Shown: positions 46,297-57,900, counted from the stretch's first letter. The stretch: DNA of 64,000 bases from Candidatus Krumholzibacteriota bacterium (GCA_963764625.1 CAVXTH010000009.1:256001-320000), one strand, 5' to 3'. Notes: generated by a model not told the origin, from the sequence alone. Program-made: numbers and translations.

Positions 46297-48195
46297 TCAG
46301 AAGTTCCAGAGTTTGAAGCGTCCCAGGTTCTCCGTAGCCGGCGTCGTAGGCGGAATTCCCAATTCTTTCAGTACGCCCGGGAGACGCGCCGCGCTCTTGG
46401 GAGTTTCGAAGTACACCAGGGTGCGGGGCGCGCCCGCGATCTGCGCGCGCGCGAGCGGCACTCTCGAGGAGTCGGGTTTGCGCAGGTAGTTGGAGAAGTC
46501 TCTGCCGGCCAGGTACCAGGGATATACTCCGTGAACCACTAGCTCGCGGTGCGAGAGCTTAAGATTCAGGCTGTCCCATTCCTTCAAATCCTCGGGTGAG
46601 CACCCGGTGAGCTCGCGCAGTCTCGCCCGCCGGGAATCCTCCCGTGCGGCTTGGAGCGCAGGATGCAACGCCACTGTGATGCTGAGAGTGGCCAGCAGCA
46701 GTCCGGTCGCCAAGGAAGACATCACGCCGCCGTACCGGCTCCGAGGCCTGTGTTCCAAGGTGGAAGCGAAGGCCCGATGACCCGCGAGTTTCTCCACCAG
46801 CAGATCGAGGCCGAGCGCCACGAACACCACCAGCAGGCCGAAGGGCACCAGGCCGAAGCGGGCCAGAGAATATCCTTCGAGGAGCCAGTCCGGAGTTTGG
46901 CCAGCGGGGTCCTTTAGATAGGCTGGAATCGTCCAGAGGATTCCGAGAGTGGCCAGGATACACAACCCGAGGGCCCACTGAACGCGGAGTCTCCGGCGCG
47001 AGAGCACGGCCACCGGGAACAGCGCCGTTCCCAGGAGCGGGAGAACTCCCAGATGGTCCCGGATCGCGTGCAGGTAGAGCCAACGGGCGTGCCCCGAAGC
47101 GCGCAGGTAGGGCCACACCGAGGTGAAGTCGTCGATTCCGTAAAGGGTGCTGTGGGTCGACGCCCCGAAAAGCGTGACACCGAAGATCGCGACGCGACCC
47201 GGGTAGAATGGATTGCCGGTGAGGAACCAGTTCCGCAGGAAAGGAACCGCGCCCACGGCCAGAGCGAGCCCGGCCACTGGCGCGAAGCGGTGCACGACGG
47301 AGGGTCCGTCTGCCTCTTGTTTCAGCTGAGTTAGGAGCGCGCAGCCAAGCACGATGACCACGAAGACCGGGCCCAGGTGCTTGCAGCCCATCGCCAGGCC
47401 CAGAGCGAGCCCGGCCATGATTCTCTCCCGTCGGTGCGTGAGGGGCCCCAGACACCACGCGAATCCCGCGAGGACCAGAGCCGCCAGCCACAGGTCGGTT
47501 TCCTGGGTGGTGGACTGTCTCTGAATCGCGCGCGCAGTCTCGAAGAAGAGCCCCACGCTGAGCCATGCGATGCCGCCGCGAATCTCGAGCCGCTGGCAGA
47601 TTCGCACCAAAGCGCCTGCGAGGAGGAGGTAGGCCAGCGGATTCTGCAGCGCCATGAGTGCGTCGTGCCATCTCTCGTTCCACCACCAACCTCCCGCCAG
47701 TTCCGCGTAGGGGGGACTGTGGCCGAAAGGTGGGGCCAGGCTGAAGATGTGACCTCTTAAGTAGGTATCCAGGAGGAGCGGGAGGTGGTAGAGCAGGCTA
47801 TCGCCATCCCAGGGCGCCCGAGCCAGGGATCGAGCCAGCTCCTGGCCGAGCGGAACCAGCAAAAGGGCCGCCCCGAGCAGACAAAGGCCCCATTCTCCCC
47901 GCCAACGCGACTGCAGTGGATCCTGAGCTTCGTCCAGGCGAGGCCTGCCGCGCGAGAGCCAAAAGAACAGCAGCGCCGAGAGCAGCGTCACCAGAGCGTG
48001 CTCGGTCAGGGAGTTCAATGCGCCAAGGGCCGAAAGCGCGAGCTGCGGAATCACGATCAAGGCGACCCACGTCACGCTACCCGCGCAGAGGGCGGCGGCG
48101 GCGCCGTGCTCCAGGGATCGGCGCGCCCACGAGATGGAGACCGCCACCGAGAGAATCGTGCCGAGAAAGAAGAGCAGGGGATCCAGGAGCGACAT
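46297..48195 (-). CDS. Multi-TM membrane protein, GT-C (ArnT/PMT-like) glycosyltransferase
   Basis: More than 12 TMs, WDGDSLLYHLP loop, LAMGCK, FLRNWFLTGNPFYP. Confidence 0.7.
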   Translation of the reverse strand: MSLLDPLLFFLGTILSVAVSISWARRSLEHGAAAALCAGSVTWVALIVIPQLALSALGALNSLTEHALVTLLSALLFFWLSRGRPRLDEAQDPLQSRWRGEWGLCLLGAALLLVPLGQELARSLARAPWDGDSLLYHLPLLLDTYLRGHIFSLAPPFGHSPPYAELAGGWWWNERWHDALMALQNPLAYLLLAGALVRICQRLEIRGGIAWLSVGLFFETARAIQRQSTTQETDLWLAALVLAGFAWCLGPLTHRRERIMAGLALGLAMGCKHLGPVFVVIVLGCALLTQLKQEADGPSVVHRFAPVAGLALAVGAVPFLRNWFLTGNPFYPGRVAIFGVTLFGASTHSTLYGIDDFTSVWPYLRASGHARWLYLHAIRDHLGVLPLLGTALFPVAVLSRRRLRVQWALGLCILATLGILWTIPAYLKDPAGQTPDWLLEGYSLARFGLVPFGLLVVFVALGLDLLVEKLAGHRAFASTLEHRPRSRYGGVMSSLATGLLLATLSITVALHPALQAAREDSRRARLRELTGCSPEDLKEWDSLNLKLSHRELVVHGVYPWYLAGRDFSNYLRKPDSSRVPLARAQIAGAPRTLVYFETPKSAARLPGVLKELGIPPTTPATENLGRFKLWNF

Positions 48196-48569
48196 GGTCA
48201 CCTGTTTCAAGATTCAACTCGCATGCAGTTCGGTCTCGACGGGAACCTCGCGGTCGACGACCAGAGTTCCACGCACGTCGATTTTCTCTCCTGAGTTCTC
48301 AGGGTGCAATCCTTCCATCGTTCGTACTCCTTCCTTTTCTGGCGCGGGTTGGCCCTCGAGAACCGACGAACCTGTCCAACTTAGGGGGAGGTGAGAACCT
48401 CGCCACGAATGCGCGGCTGCCCGCGGCAGCGGCTTTCTGCCCCATTGGCGCCGAGAGGAGACAATCTGTCCGCTTTCGGTCCTCCAATGCGTTGACTTCA
48501 GTAGAGGCGGATTCCGATCCCCTCACCACTTGGAAACGCCGTCTGTCCCCTTCAGCCCGAGAGAAACCA

Positions 48570-49220
48570 ATGCAACGCCACGCCCTCAGTTCGATTCTCG
48601 CTCTGGCTCTGCTCGTCAGTGGCGCCTGTGGAAAGTCCCCCTCCGAGCCCAGCGAGCCCCCGCCGCCGGTTTCCGCACTCGCCTGCGAGAATCCGGCCCT
48701 GGCAGCCACTACGGCGCAGCCCTTCGATAAGGTGGAAGTCACCGGAATCTCCGGGATCGGAGATGAGACCTGGGTCGAGTACGAGACGGCCGCGGGCACC
48801 AAGGGGCTCACCGCGGTCGTCGTCGATGGAGAGGGCAAGGCTCAGATCGTGGTTCCGGCCAATCCGGATTCCCTGATGAAGAGCGCGAGCTTGAGCTGCG
48901 ACAGCTATCAGTCTCCCAATCTCCCGCCGATCAAGGACACGGTGAGTGTCGTGATCCTTCGCGTCGAGCCCGACGGAACCATTCTTCCACCGACGCCATC
49001 CACGATTCCGATCCAGGTCACATGCGGACCAGATAGTCCCAATGTAGACATCGATCGTCTGATGATCTTTGATGCTCCCGCGCAGCCGGAGCAAAAAGAC
49101 CACGTAATGGTCTTGTTCCAGGCCAGCAATGCCAGCTACGGGGCTCTTGCCGATGCCGAAGGGGAGGCCAACCATACGGGCTACTTGAGGGGCTACGTCA
49201 GTGTGAAGAACGAGAACTGA
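48570..49220 (+). CDS. Hypothetical lipoprotein
   Basis: MQRHALSSILALALLVSGA-C lipobox, Pro-rich linker, beta-rich domain. Confidence 0.65.
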   Translation: MQRHALSSILALALLVSGACGKSPSEPSEPPPPVSALACENPALAATTAQPFDKVEVTGISGIGDETWVEYETAAGTKGLTAVVVDGEGKAQIVVPANPDSLMKSASLSCDSYQSPNLPPIKDTVSVVILRVEPDGTILPPTPSTIPIQVTCGPDSPNVDIDRLMIFDAPAQPEQKDHVMVLFQASNASYGALADAEGEANHTGYLRGYVSVKNEN

Positions 49221-49388
49221 GTCGCACCGACCGGTGCGGACGAAAACGCTCGTCGACGCCCTTGACGCCGAAGGGCCGCTGTGTGCTAGCATCACGTGGC
49301 GCCCTTCCCCACAAGAACTGAGTCTTGCTTCTTGCTATGGGTGCACACCTCTACGAGGTTCCCATCTGATTTGTGGGAGGTTTCAAGT

Positions 49389-50222
49389 ATGCGAATGATT
49401 GCGAAACGGTTCGCTCTGCTGAGTGCCGCTCTGCTACTGCTGACGGTACTTGCTTCCCCTTCCTCTGCGGAGATCTCGCTCACGAGCATCTCCTGGTCGA
49501 CCGTGCAGGACAACGTCCAGTTCTCCCTGCACTTCCACAACGATGACCTTACAAATCCCTCGAGTACGGCGGATGTCACTCTGAGCGCCCAGCCATTCGG
49601 GATGTTCGTGGAGAGCTTGAGTCCACCGATTGGCACGTTCCAGGTGCCTATCCTTGCGCCCGACAGTTTCTTCGACATCACCTACGAGGTAGCGCTGGCT
49701 GCTCTTCCTCCGAGCGCTGAGGTCATCACGCCTCCTGGCGGCGGCGGAGCGACCAAGGCACCTCCGGTGGCTTGTCAGACCGACAGGTCCTGGGCCGGCA
49801 ACGTCGACGTCTTCTGGACCGGCGCCGACGGCAGCGGGCAGTCATTCTGGCATGCGGGAGCGATCGAGACTTGCCCTCAGGGGGGCAACTCCTACATCCA
49901 CGTGGTGATGGACTGTCAGGATCCTGCCGGTGTGAGCTGGTCGTTCAGTGGGCTGTGTCCCGGCTGGAGTGCTTCGCTCGTCGTCAATGCGGGGGGGATT
50001 CCCGGCGGAGCGGCCCCGAATCCCATTCCGACCGGGCCTTTCGACGGTTGGATTTGCGTTTCCGCGGATGGGACGGTCAACGACGGAGACATCTGCAACT
50101 TCAATCTGGATGCATCCTGTGGCGCCTCACCCGCGACCATCGCGATGACCGGCATCGCCTGCGTCTGTGGCGCGGTGCCCTCGGACGAATCCTCATGGGG
50201 CCGGGTGAAATCGCGCTACTAG
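49389..50222 (+). CDS. Secreted Cys-rich protein with C-terminal SWGRVKSRY motif
   Basis: GGGAGG RBS, signal peptide, 9 Cys in the C-terminal half, ends VPSDESSWGRVKSRY. Confidence 0.8.
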   Translation: MRMIAKRFALLSAALLLLTVLASPSSAEISLTSISWSTVQDNVQFSLHFHNDDLTNPSSTADVTLSAQPFGMFVESLSPPIGTFQVPILAPDSFFDITYEVALAALPPSAEVITPPGGGGATKAPPVACQTDRSWAGNVDVFWTGADGSGQSFWHAGAIETCPQGGNSYIHVVMDCQDPAGVSWSFSGLCPGWSASLVVNAGGIPGGAAPNPIPTGPFDGWICVSADGTVNDGDICNFNLDASCGASPATIAMTGIACVCGAVPSDESSWGRVKSRY

Positions 50223-50258
50223 AGGCGTGGACACCTGGCGATTCAGATCACCGAAATG

Positions 50259-50298
50259 AAAGGAACGAGGAGTCCAAGCGGGCTCCTCGTTTCCTTTT
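50259..50298 (+). terminator. Rho-independent terminator (possibly bidirectional)
   Basis: AAAGGAACGAGGAGTCC-aagc-GGGCTCCTCGTTTCCTTTT. Confidence 0.8.
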
Positions 50299-50655
50299 GT
50301 CCGCGATCTTCTCACGAGCGGGCAAATCAAGGTGTCTTTCGCAACTCGCTTGCTCGAGCGGGAAGAAGAGCTCGCACTCATGGGGAACGCGCAATCACAA
50401 CTGGATCGAATGAGTTCCATTCGTGTCGAAATCGACGGTACCAGCTACCATCAGACCACCCACACCTCCGTAGACCTCCATCGGTAGCCACGATCCCTCG
50501 AGAATCCGCTTCTTGCTACGCCGTGAGGAATGGCACGCAATCTTCTTGTGGGCCCTGCGATCCTGGATCCCTCCGACCAGAGCACAAGTCCCGTTCCTGT
50601 CTGGTCGTTCCCAGCTCGGGAGGATTGTCCCGCGCGCAGAGGAGAGGCGATTGAC

Positions 50656-53600
50656 GTGTCGAAGCATCCGAAAATCCGACTCCTTTCGGCGATCGTGACG
50701 ATCGCGGCAGGGCTCTTTCTCGGACAGTTCAGCGTCTCCGACGCATTCGCGCAGAGCTACGCTCAACTTCAAATCCTTCTTCCGGGCGAGACGCCCGCTC
50801 CCGGAACTCTAGGTGGCAAGTCCGGTCAACCCGATACGCAGACGGTGGGAGTTCCATTCTCCATTCGAGTGAGGGCTTGTGATAATTCGTGGAATGCACA
50901 GACTTCCATCACGAGCCAAATCGCGATTAGCAGTAGTGACGAAACGGCCACGCTTCCTTCCAGCGCCCAGATGAGTGCGGGAGAAGTGCAATTTATGGTC
51001 ACGCTCAACGCCGACGGTCAATTCGACTTTCAGGCGAGTGATCTGACCGACACCACGATTCCCGACGCCACTTCGAGTCAGGTGACCACCGTATTACTCC
51101 AGGGTTTCGAATTCGCCCGGATCAACCAGAAAAACCAATACGCCGGGCAGGCGATGTCGATCTCGATGTGGGCGGTGGATTCCAACGGCCAGCCGCTGAA
51201 CAACTACGATGGGCCGGTTCGACTTCGCGAGTTGACCAGCTACGGAGAGGGCCGGATCACCCCTTCCACCGTCGACCTGGTGAACGGGCATTGGTCGGGA
51301 CAGATCACGATGTACCGGGCGGATGAGACTTCCATCAACCGGGGCAACGTGAACATCTACGCTCTTTTGGACAACGATCCCACCCGCAACGGAACGAGCG
51401 ATCCGTTCTCGGTGCACCCGGGCACATTTTCACGCGTGCAGATCGTGGTGCCGGGACAGACGGCGGATCCGGGAAGTGCCGCTGGTCTTTTTGGAAGCGC
51501 GGCGACCCAGGGAGCGGGTCAGGCCTTCACCGTCGAGGTCTACGCCACCGACGACTACTGGAATCCTCTTCCCAGCGGTGACACGGTCCGCATCATCTCC
51601 AACGATCCCCTCGCAAGTACTCCGGTGAGTGGCGCGCTGAGTAACGGCTTTCGGCAGTTCACCCTATCCCTGGGAACGGTGGGTTCGCAAACTCTGACCG
51701 TTTCCGATCAATCGTCGGGTGGAATTACGGGGATGACCAGCATGGGCATCCCGGTCATTCCCAATGCCATCAACGGCTTCGCGGTTGATACTTTCGCCAC
51801 TCCGGTCCAGGCGGGGGATTCGGTCTCGGTGACGATCCGAGCCGTGGACAACTCGGGGAACACGGTGCCCGGCTACTTCGGCGAAGCCAACCTGGCCGCC
51901 AATACCGGCCCGGGCAGTATTTCGCCGGACCGCATCAGCTTCGATTCGGGGGTCTGGACGGGGAAGATGGTTTTCCGTGGCGCCGGGGGAGCAGTTTCCT
52001 TTACCTGCTCCGATTTTGCTGCGCCGCCCCACTTTGGTTCGAGCTCCAATTTCCAGGTGTTACCGGGCCCATTCGAGAAGCTGCAGGTTCGTCTGCCGGG
52101 TGAGACCGCGCAGGGAGGAACCGTGACTGGAGTCTCGGGCTCGCCCACCGATCAGAATGCGGGAACGAGCTTTACCCTCACTATTCGTGCCGTCGACGCG
52201 TACTGGAACCGGGTTCCGGGAATCAACGACGCGGTGACTCTCTCTTCCAGCGACGCATTTGCCAGTTTCCCAGCCAGCGTATCGCTGCTCAATGGGGAAG
52301 TAACGGTTCCCGCGACGCTCTATAAGGCCGGATACCAGACGGTGGGCGCCAGCGATGCCGATTCGTCGCAGATCACCGCACACACTTCGAGTCAGGTCGA
52401 CATTCTTCCCGGCACCTATTCCCGCGTTTTGATTCTGGCGCCAGGTGAGTTCGCGGCGCCGGGTACGGAAGAGGGCCGCACGGGAATGGCAACCGATCAA
52501 TCGATCAACTACGCATTCACGGTGACGGTGTACGCGACCGACCAGTGGTGGAATCCGACGACGGGAATCACCGACGTGGTTCGTCTCAGCTCTTCGGACG
52601 TTCTGGCAGAACTTCCGGGCGACACCGCACTGCAAGACGGAGTGGCTCAGCTGAGCATGCGACTTTCCACCGGTGGCTATCAGCAGATCACCGTGCAGAA
52701 CGTCACGCAACCCGGCATGCCCACGAGCACCACGCAGGTGCGCGCCATCTCCAGCGGATTCCATTTGGAAGCCGAAGTGGACAGCACACACGTGATGGCG
52801 GGACAGACCTTCCACTTGACGGTCAAAGTCACCAATGACGCGGGAAGCGTCATCCAGGAGATCAATACCGGAGTGAATCTGACGGTTCGCAACGCCTCTT
52901 CGGGTCAGCCAGGGGCGGGAGATCTGCGCACGACGCAGTTCCAGCTCTTGCAAGGTCAGAGGACGGTGGAGATGTCCTACACCCATGCCGAGGACATCCA
53001 GATTACCGCCACCGACGACCTGGGCCACGATCCCGCCGTTACCGAGGTGATCGCGGTAGTGCCGGGTACTCCCGATCACATCGCGCTGCGCAGCGATCCC
53101 GATTGGTTGAACGGAAACAAGCACTCCACGATCTACGCTCAAGTTCTCGACGAGTTCGAGAACGGAGTGCCGGCGCAGGCAATGGACTTCACCCTCACGC
53201 AGGGGACGGGAATTCTCACTCCCACCGACCTCCAAACCGATGACTTTGGAGTCGCGCGAGCGGACTTCTTGAGCCCCCGCGAACCCGAGATCGATGTGGT
53301 TCGGGCCAGCTCGGGTAGCCTGATGCAGGACTTGCAGGTCGAGACGGCGCTTGTCGATCCCAATGCGCCCGGGGGAACGATCGCTAGCTATCCCAATCCC
53401 TTCCACCCCAACGAGAGTCCCACCACGATCGCCTACAAGTTGGCGGACAACGCCTCGGTTCGGATGAGGATCTACACCCTGAGCGGAAATCTCGTATTCG
53501 AGCAGGACTTTGCTCCGGGAAGCGTGGGCGGGACCGTCGGGCTGAACGAGATCGTCTGGGACGGTCGCAATGGGGACAACGAATTCGTGGCCAGCGGCGG

Positions 53601-53679
53601 TTATATCGTCGAGGTCCGTGCGGAAGGCAACGGCCAGACTCTCCATGTGATGCGTCGCAAAGTCGGCGTCGTCCGATAG
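50656..53679 (+). CDS. Large secreted Ig-like repeat protein with C-terminal FlgD-Ig/T9SS-like domain
   Basis: Signal peptide ending AFA; repeated PGE..PG..G..G....Q..G..F......D..WN units; Big_1-like domain; ends SYPNPF...IYTLSG...WDGRN...KVGVVR. Confidence 0.85.
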   Translation: MSKHPKIRLLSAIVTIAAGLFLGQFSVSDAFAQSYAQLQILLPGETPAPGTLGGKSGQPDTQTVGVPFSIRVRACDNSWNAQTSITSQIAISSSDETATLPSSAQMSAGEVQFMVTLNADGQFDFQASDLTDTTIPDATSSQVTTVLLQGFEFARINQKNQYAGQAMSISMWAVDSNGQPLNNYDGPVRLRELTSYGEGRITPSTVDLVNGHWSGQITMYRADETSINRGNVNIYALLDNDPTRNGTSDPFSVHPGTFSRVQIVVPGQTADPGSAAGLFGSAATQGAGQAFTVEVYATDDYWNPLPSGDTVRIISNDPLASTPVSGALSNGFRQFTLSLGTVGSQTLTVSDQSSGGITGMTSMGIPVIPNAINGFAVDTFATPVQAGDSVSVTIRAVDNSGNTVPGYFGEANLAANTGPGSISPDRISFDSGVWTGKMVFRGAGGAVSFTCSDFAAPPHFGSSSNFQVLPGPFEKLQVRLPGETAQGGTVTGVSGSPTDQNAGTSFTLTIRAVDAYWNRVPGINDAVTLSSSDAFASFPASVSLLNGEVTVPATLYKAGYQTVGASDADSSQITAHTSSQVDILPGTYSRVLILAPGEFAAPGTEEGRTGMATDQSINYAFTVTVYATDQWWNPTTGITDVVRLSSSDVLAELPGDTALQDGVAQLSMRLSTGGYQQITVQNVTQPGMPTSTTQVRAISSGFHLEAEVDSTHVMAGQTFHLTVKVTNDAGSVIQEINTGVNLTVRNASSGQPGAGDLRTTQFQLLQGQRTVEMSYTHAEDIQITATDDLGHDPAVTEVIAVVPGTPDHIALRSDPDWLNGNKHSTIYAQVLDEFENGVPAQAMDFTLTQGTGILTPTDLQTDDFGVARADFLSPREPEIDVVRASSGSLMQDLQVETALVDPNAPGGTIASYPNPFHPNESPTTIAYKLADNASVRMRIYTLSGNLVFEQDFAPGSVGGTVGLNEIVWDGRNGDNEFVASGGYIVEVRAEGNGQTLHVMRRKVGVVR

Positions 53680-53692
53680 GGGAGGAAGCAGG

Positions 53693-54949
53693 ATGAAATC
53701 CATGAAATCTTCAAATGCTGTTCTTCTAAGTTGTGTCCTGCTGATCGTGCTCGGGTCCGCTTGCGTCGCGTTCGCGCAGGATCCCGTCTACGGTCAATCA
53801 GGCGATTGGCTCACCAGTTATCAAACCGCGCGGACCGCGGGCATGGGCGGGGCCTTTGTTGCCGACGCCGATGGCGCGCTGGGAGTTCTCTGGAATCCCG
53901 CCGGCCTGAGCCGGCTTCTGCAGAATCAAACTCAATTCGAGACGGTCGACCTCTTTGGTGAGTCACGTATGAACGCGTTCAGCTTCGCGTTGCCGGGACA
54001 GACTTTCCCCAGCGTGGGAATCAGTTTCGTGACCCTCAACTCGGGCAACTTCGAACGCACCAACGAGCTGAACGACCATCTCGGAACCTTCAAGGACGGA
54101 AATCTCGGCGTCTATCTCACCGCGGCCAAGAAAGTGTCCGATCGGGTGCATCTGGGCGCCAACTTCAAGATGGTCCGACAATCGTTGGAGGACTTCAGCG
54201 GTGGTGGGGTGGGCCTCGATCTGGGTCTCATGGTGAATCTGGCTCCTCAGTGGAGGATCGGTGCCAGCGCGCTCAACCTCGGTGGACCGAGCGTGACGAT
54301 GAGGGAGACCACCGAGAAATACCCGATGAACTTCCGCGGCGGACTGGCGTGGCACGGTCTGAAGGGCCGCGCGCTCGTCGCGGCGCAAGTGGACGCGCAG
54401 GATGGTCCCGGGGCCCAGTTCTCGACCGGGGCCGAGGTCTGGGTGCATCGCGTGCTGGCGCTGCGCGCGGGATATCGCGAGCAGCGAGTGGGTGGCGGGC
54501 TCAGCGTTCGGGTCTCCCAAAACCTCCGCCTGGATTACAGCGCGCAAGACAACGAACTTGGAGTTCTACACCGGGTGGGCGTGGTCTACGATTTCGGAGG
54601 ATTCCATGCCACTTCGCAGGCCACTCCAGAGATCTTCTCACCTAGCGGTGAGAACGCCGTCACCACTTTCCACCTGAAAACCCGCACCCGCGGAGAAGCG
54701 GTCGAGTGGTCCCTGGATATCATCGACAAGGACGACCAGTTGGTGCGCCGGTTCGGGGGTAAGGGGAATCCTCCCGCCCTCGTGTTGTGGGACGGCACGG
54801 ACGAGTCTGGAATGCAGTTGCCCGACGGCAGCTATCGTTACCGCTTCTCGATCACTGACGACGAAGGCGTGGAGATTTCCGCCAAGGAGCAGGTGGTAGA
54901 GATCTCTACCTCGGGTCCCCAGGGCAAAATCCCGGTGGAAGTCAATTGA
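53693..54949 (+). CDS. PorV/PorQ-like (UPF0164) beta-barrel fused to a FlgD-Ig-like domain
   Basis: ARTAGMGGAFVA.ADG...LWNPAGL, GLDLG, LALRAGY, LDYS...LG..HRVG; then PEIFSP...WDG. Confidence 0.82.
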   Translation: MKSMKSSNAVLLSCVLLIVLGSACVAFAQDPVYGQSGDWLTSYQTARTAGMGGAFVADADGALGVLWNPAGLSRLLQNQTQFETVDLFGESRMNAFSFALPGQTFPSVGISFVTLNSGNFERTNELNDHLGTFKDGNLGVYLTAAKKVSDRVHLGANFKMVRQSLEDFSGGGVGLDLGLMVNLAPQWRIGASALNLGGPSVTMRETTEKYPMNFRGGLAWHGLKGRALVAAQVDAQDGPGAQFSTGAEVWVHRVLALRAGYREQRVGGGLSVRVSQNLRLDYSAQDNELGVLHRVGVVYDFGGFHATSQATPEIFSPSGENAVTTFHLKTRTRGEAVEWSLDIIDKDDQLVRRFGGKGNPPALVLWDGTDESGMQLPDGSYRYRFSITDDEGVEISAKEQVVEISTSGPQGKIPVEVN

Positions 54950-54972
54950 CGCGAGTCAGGAGCAGAATTCGC

Positions 54973-57900
54973 ATGAAAAACTGGACGCGAATACTCACAA
55001 CGGAGCTGCTCACAGCCATCCTTCTCGTGCTTCTCTTCCCGGGAACGTCACGGGCCGAGGATGAGCCGAGTGACTCCAGCCAAACCAACGATCAGAGCGT
55101 ACAGACTCCGACGACGCTTACCGGATTGGGAATTCGCTTCGAATTGGCGAAAGCCTTGACGGGCGCCGCGCGTACCGAGGCCATCCAGTCGCTGGAGGAT
55201 CCTCTTCGCGCCGTTCTCGACTCGAATCTCGATGATGGTGAGAAAGCGGGCGTGAACTTCCTCCTGGCGGAGATGGAAAAGGAGCTGGGCCGGCCTTCTC
55301 GTGCGCGTGAGCTCTTCGAGGAGTCGGCGAAAAAGGACAAAAATGGTCCTTTCGTGGATGACGCGGAGTTCGCCGCAATCCGCGCGCTGGAAGCGGCGGG
55401 CAAAGACGAGGAAGCGCAAAAGCAGTGGGAGAAATGGCAGAAAGACCATCCCCACAGCCCTCTTCTCGCGCAGGCGTGGGTCGCGCGGGTTTGGAACGAT
55501 CTGCGTCAAGCGAAGTGGACTGAGGCCGACGCGGGGCTGAAGCACCTGGAGACCCTAGCGCCCTACACCCAGCAGACCCAGCGGGTGGTCCTGGCTCGTG
55601 CGACTCTGCGCTATGCGCAAGGCAAGCCACAGGAGTGCTTGCAGGAACTGGCAAAGGTGCCCACCCACTCGGCGGCCGAGATCTACCTGAAGGCGCTTTG
55701 CTTCGATGAACAGGGTGAGGTACTGCACGCCGCAGCGGCCTACCAGGAAGTCTACGAGCGCTACTCGGATTCCCCCTTACGCTTTCTCGCTCTCTATGCC
55801 AAGGCCAACGCCTTTCTGAATGGCGGCGCGTACCAAAGCGCAGCCGAAGGGTTCGCTGCGGTGGCAAAGGGGAGCAGCGACGAGGAGCTGCAAGCCGAGG
55901 CGCTTCTGCGCCAAGGGGTCGCACTCTTCCAAGAGGGAAGCATGGAGGAGGCGACTCCGATTCTGAAGGGTCTGGTGAGCCGCTTTCCCAAGGCGGATGC
56001 ATCGGCTCGGGGACAGTTTCTGCTGGGTGAAATCAGCGCGGCGCAAAACGATCCGCAAGCCGCGATCGTCGAGTACAACCTGGTGCTGCGGAATTACTTC
56101 GAACATCAGGTCGCAGCGAGCGCCCAGTATCGCATCGGACGCTGCTACGAGACCCTCGGCCGCGGGGCCGAGGCGGTGGGAGCCTATGAAACCGTGGTGC
56201 GCGGGTATCCGCTCGAGGCCGAGGCGCCTCCCGCGGCCTATCTCGCTGGGGTCGGACTGTTGGAATCGGGCCGACCGCTCGCGGCCGCACCTTACTTTCA
56301 GCTGGTCCTCGATCGATACGCCGGAAAAAAGGGCAGCGAGGGAGCGCTGGTCTTCAAGAACGACAAGCAGAAGGAAGTCGTCGAGGCCGCTCTGTGTCTC
56401 CTCCTGCTCTCGTACCATCAGGCTGGCGATCTGGGTCAGCTCAGTGGCGCCCCCCACCTGATGCTTCTGGCCATGCCCGAAAGCAACTCGAACTGGCGAG
56501 GTTATGCCCTTCTCATCGACGCGGATGCCCTGGCCTCGCAGGGGCGCTATCAAGACGCACAGGCTTCACTTCAGAATCTTCTGGGCGAGTTCAAGGAGCA
56601 CGATGTGGCGCTTCCCGCCACTCAGCTTCTGGCCTGGACCTACGCGCAGCAGGGCATGGACGATTTGGCCATTGCCACCGAGAAGAAAATGCTCCAGCGC
56701 TTCACGCCCGACGAATCAAGCGATGCGGTGAGATCCGCTTACCTGCGCATGGCCCATGTGAATTTCAATCAGAAACATTACGCGAAGGCGGTCGAGATCT
56801 ACGAGGACTACCGCCATCGCTTCGGTGATTCCCTGCAGTACGCGCTGGCCACCTACCAGGCGGGGGTTTGTTACGCGCGTCTGGATCGCACCGGCGACGC
56901 GGTGGACCGCTGGGAAGAGCTGGTCGCGCGCCAGCCCGATGTTCCCATTGCAGAGAAGGCTTGGGCCCGCGCCGGCGATCTGTACTTCCAATCCGGCCAC
57001 TACGAGGATGCCAAGCGTTGCTACCAAGGTCTTTTGAACAACTTCGCGAGCAGCAGCGCGGGAGCCACCGGGCTGCTCCGCATGGCACAGTGCGACTACA
57101 ATGCGGGACGAGACGCGGAGGCCCTGCAAGGCTATTCGGCCGTTATCTCGCAGTACCCGCACACCACGAGCGCCAAGGAGGCCAAGCGGGGGATGGAGCT
57201 GGCTCTCTACCGGCTCGGCCAAGAGGACTCGGGAAGCGAGGTCTTGGCGGAACTGATCGAGAAATATCCCGAAAGCAGTTTCGCGGCCGACGCTCAGTTC
57301 CAAATCGCCAGTGGTCTCTACGAGAAGGAAAAGTACGCGGAAGCGGCCGAAGCCTTCCGTCAGGTCGTCAGTCGCTTTCCCAGCTATGACGAAGTCGATC
57401 GAGCTCAGTTCTTGAGCGGGGAGGCCTGGGCCAAGGCAGGGCAGACCGAGCACTCGATCCAAGCCTACCAGCAGTTCCTCCTCTTCTTCCCCGAGAGCGA
57501 GTTGCGCTCGACCGTCCAGTTCAGGTTGGGGCTACAGCTCTACCAGAAGCAGGACTACATGGAAGCCGCGGTGAAATTCACCGCAGTGGTGGATCAGACG
57601 AAAGACAAGGAACTCCAGCGTGCGGGTCTCTTCAATCTGGCGATGGCGCAGCAGCTCCTGGGCAAATTGACAGATGCCAGGGCGAGCCTAGAGCGCTACC
57701 GGAGCGAGTATCCGAAGGATGAGCGGAGTGTCGAAGTCGCTCTCCAGCTGGGAAAGCTCCACGAGTCCGCCGGTGAATGGGAAGCGGCCGCGAAAGAGTA
57801 CGAAACCGCGTTGAATACCGGAGTGGGCAAGGACTCGATCACGGAGGTCCTCTATCGGCTGGGCCAATGCCGTGAAAAATTGACTGAGCCCGACAAGGCC

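Noticed and set aside
48200-48569. Riboswitch or ncRNA in this intergenic region (also 50300-50655)
   Set aside because: Only short GC-rich hairpins; no recognisable aptamer consensus.
50531-50546. Possible sigma54 promoter TGGCACGCAATCTTCT upstream of the second operon
   Set aside because: The -24 box is good but the -12 position reads TC rather than GC.
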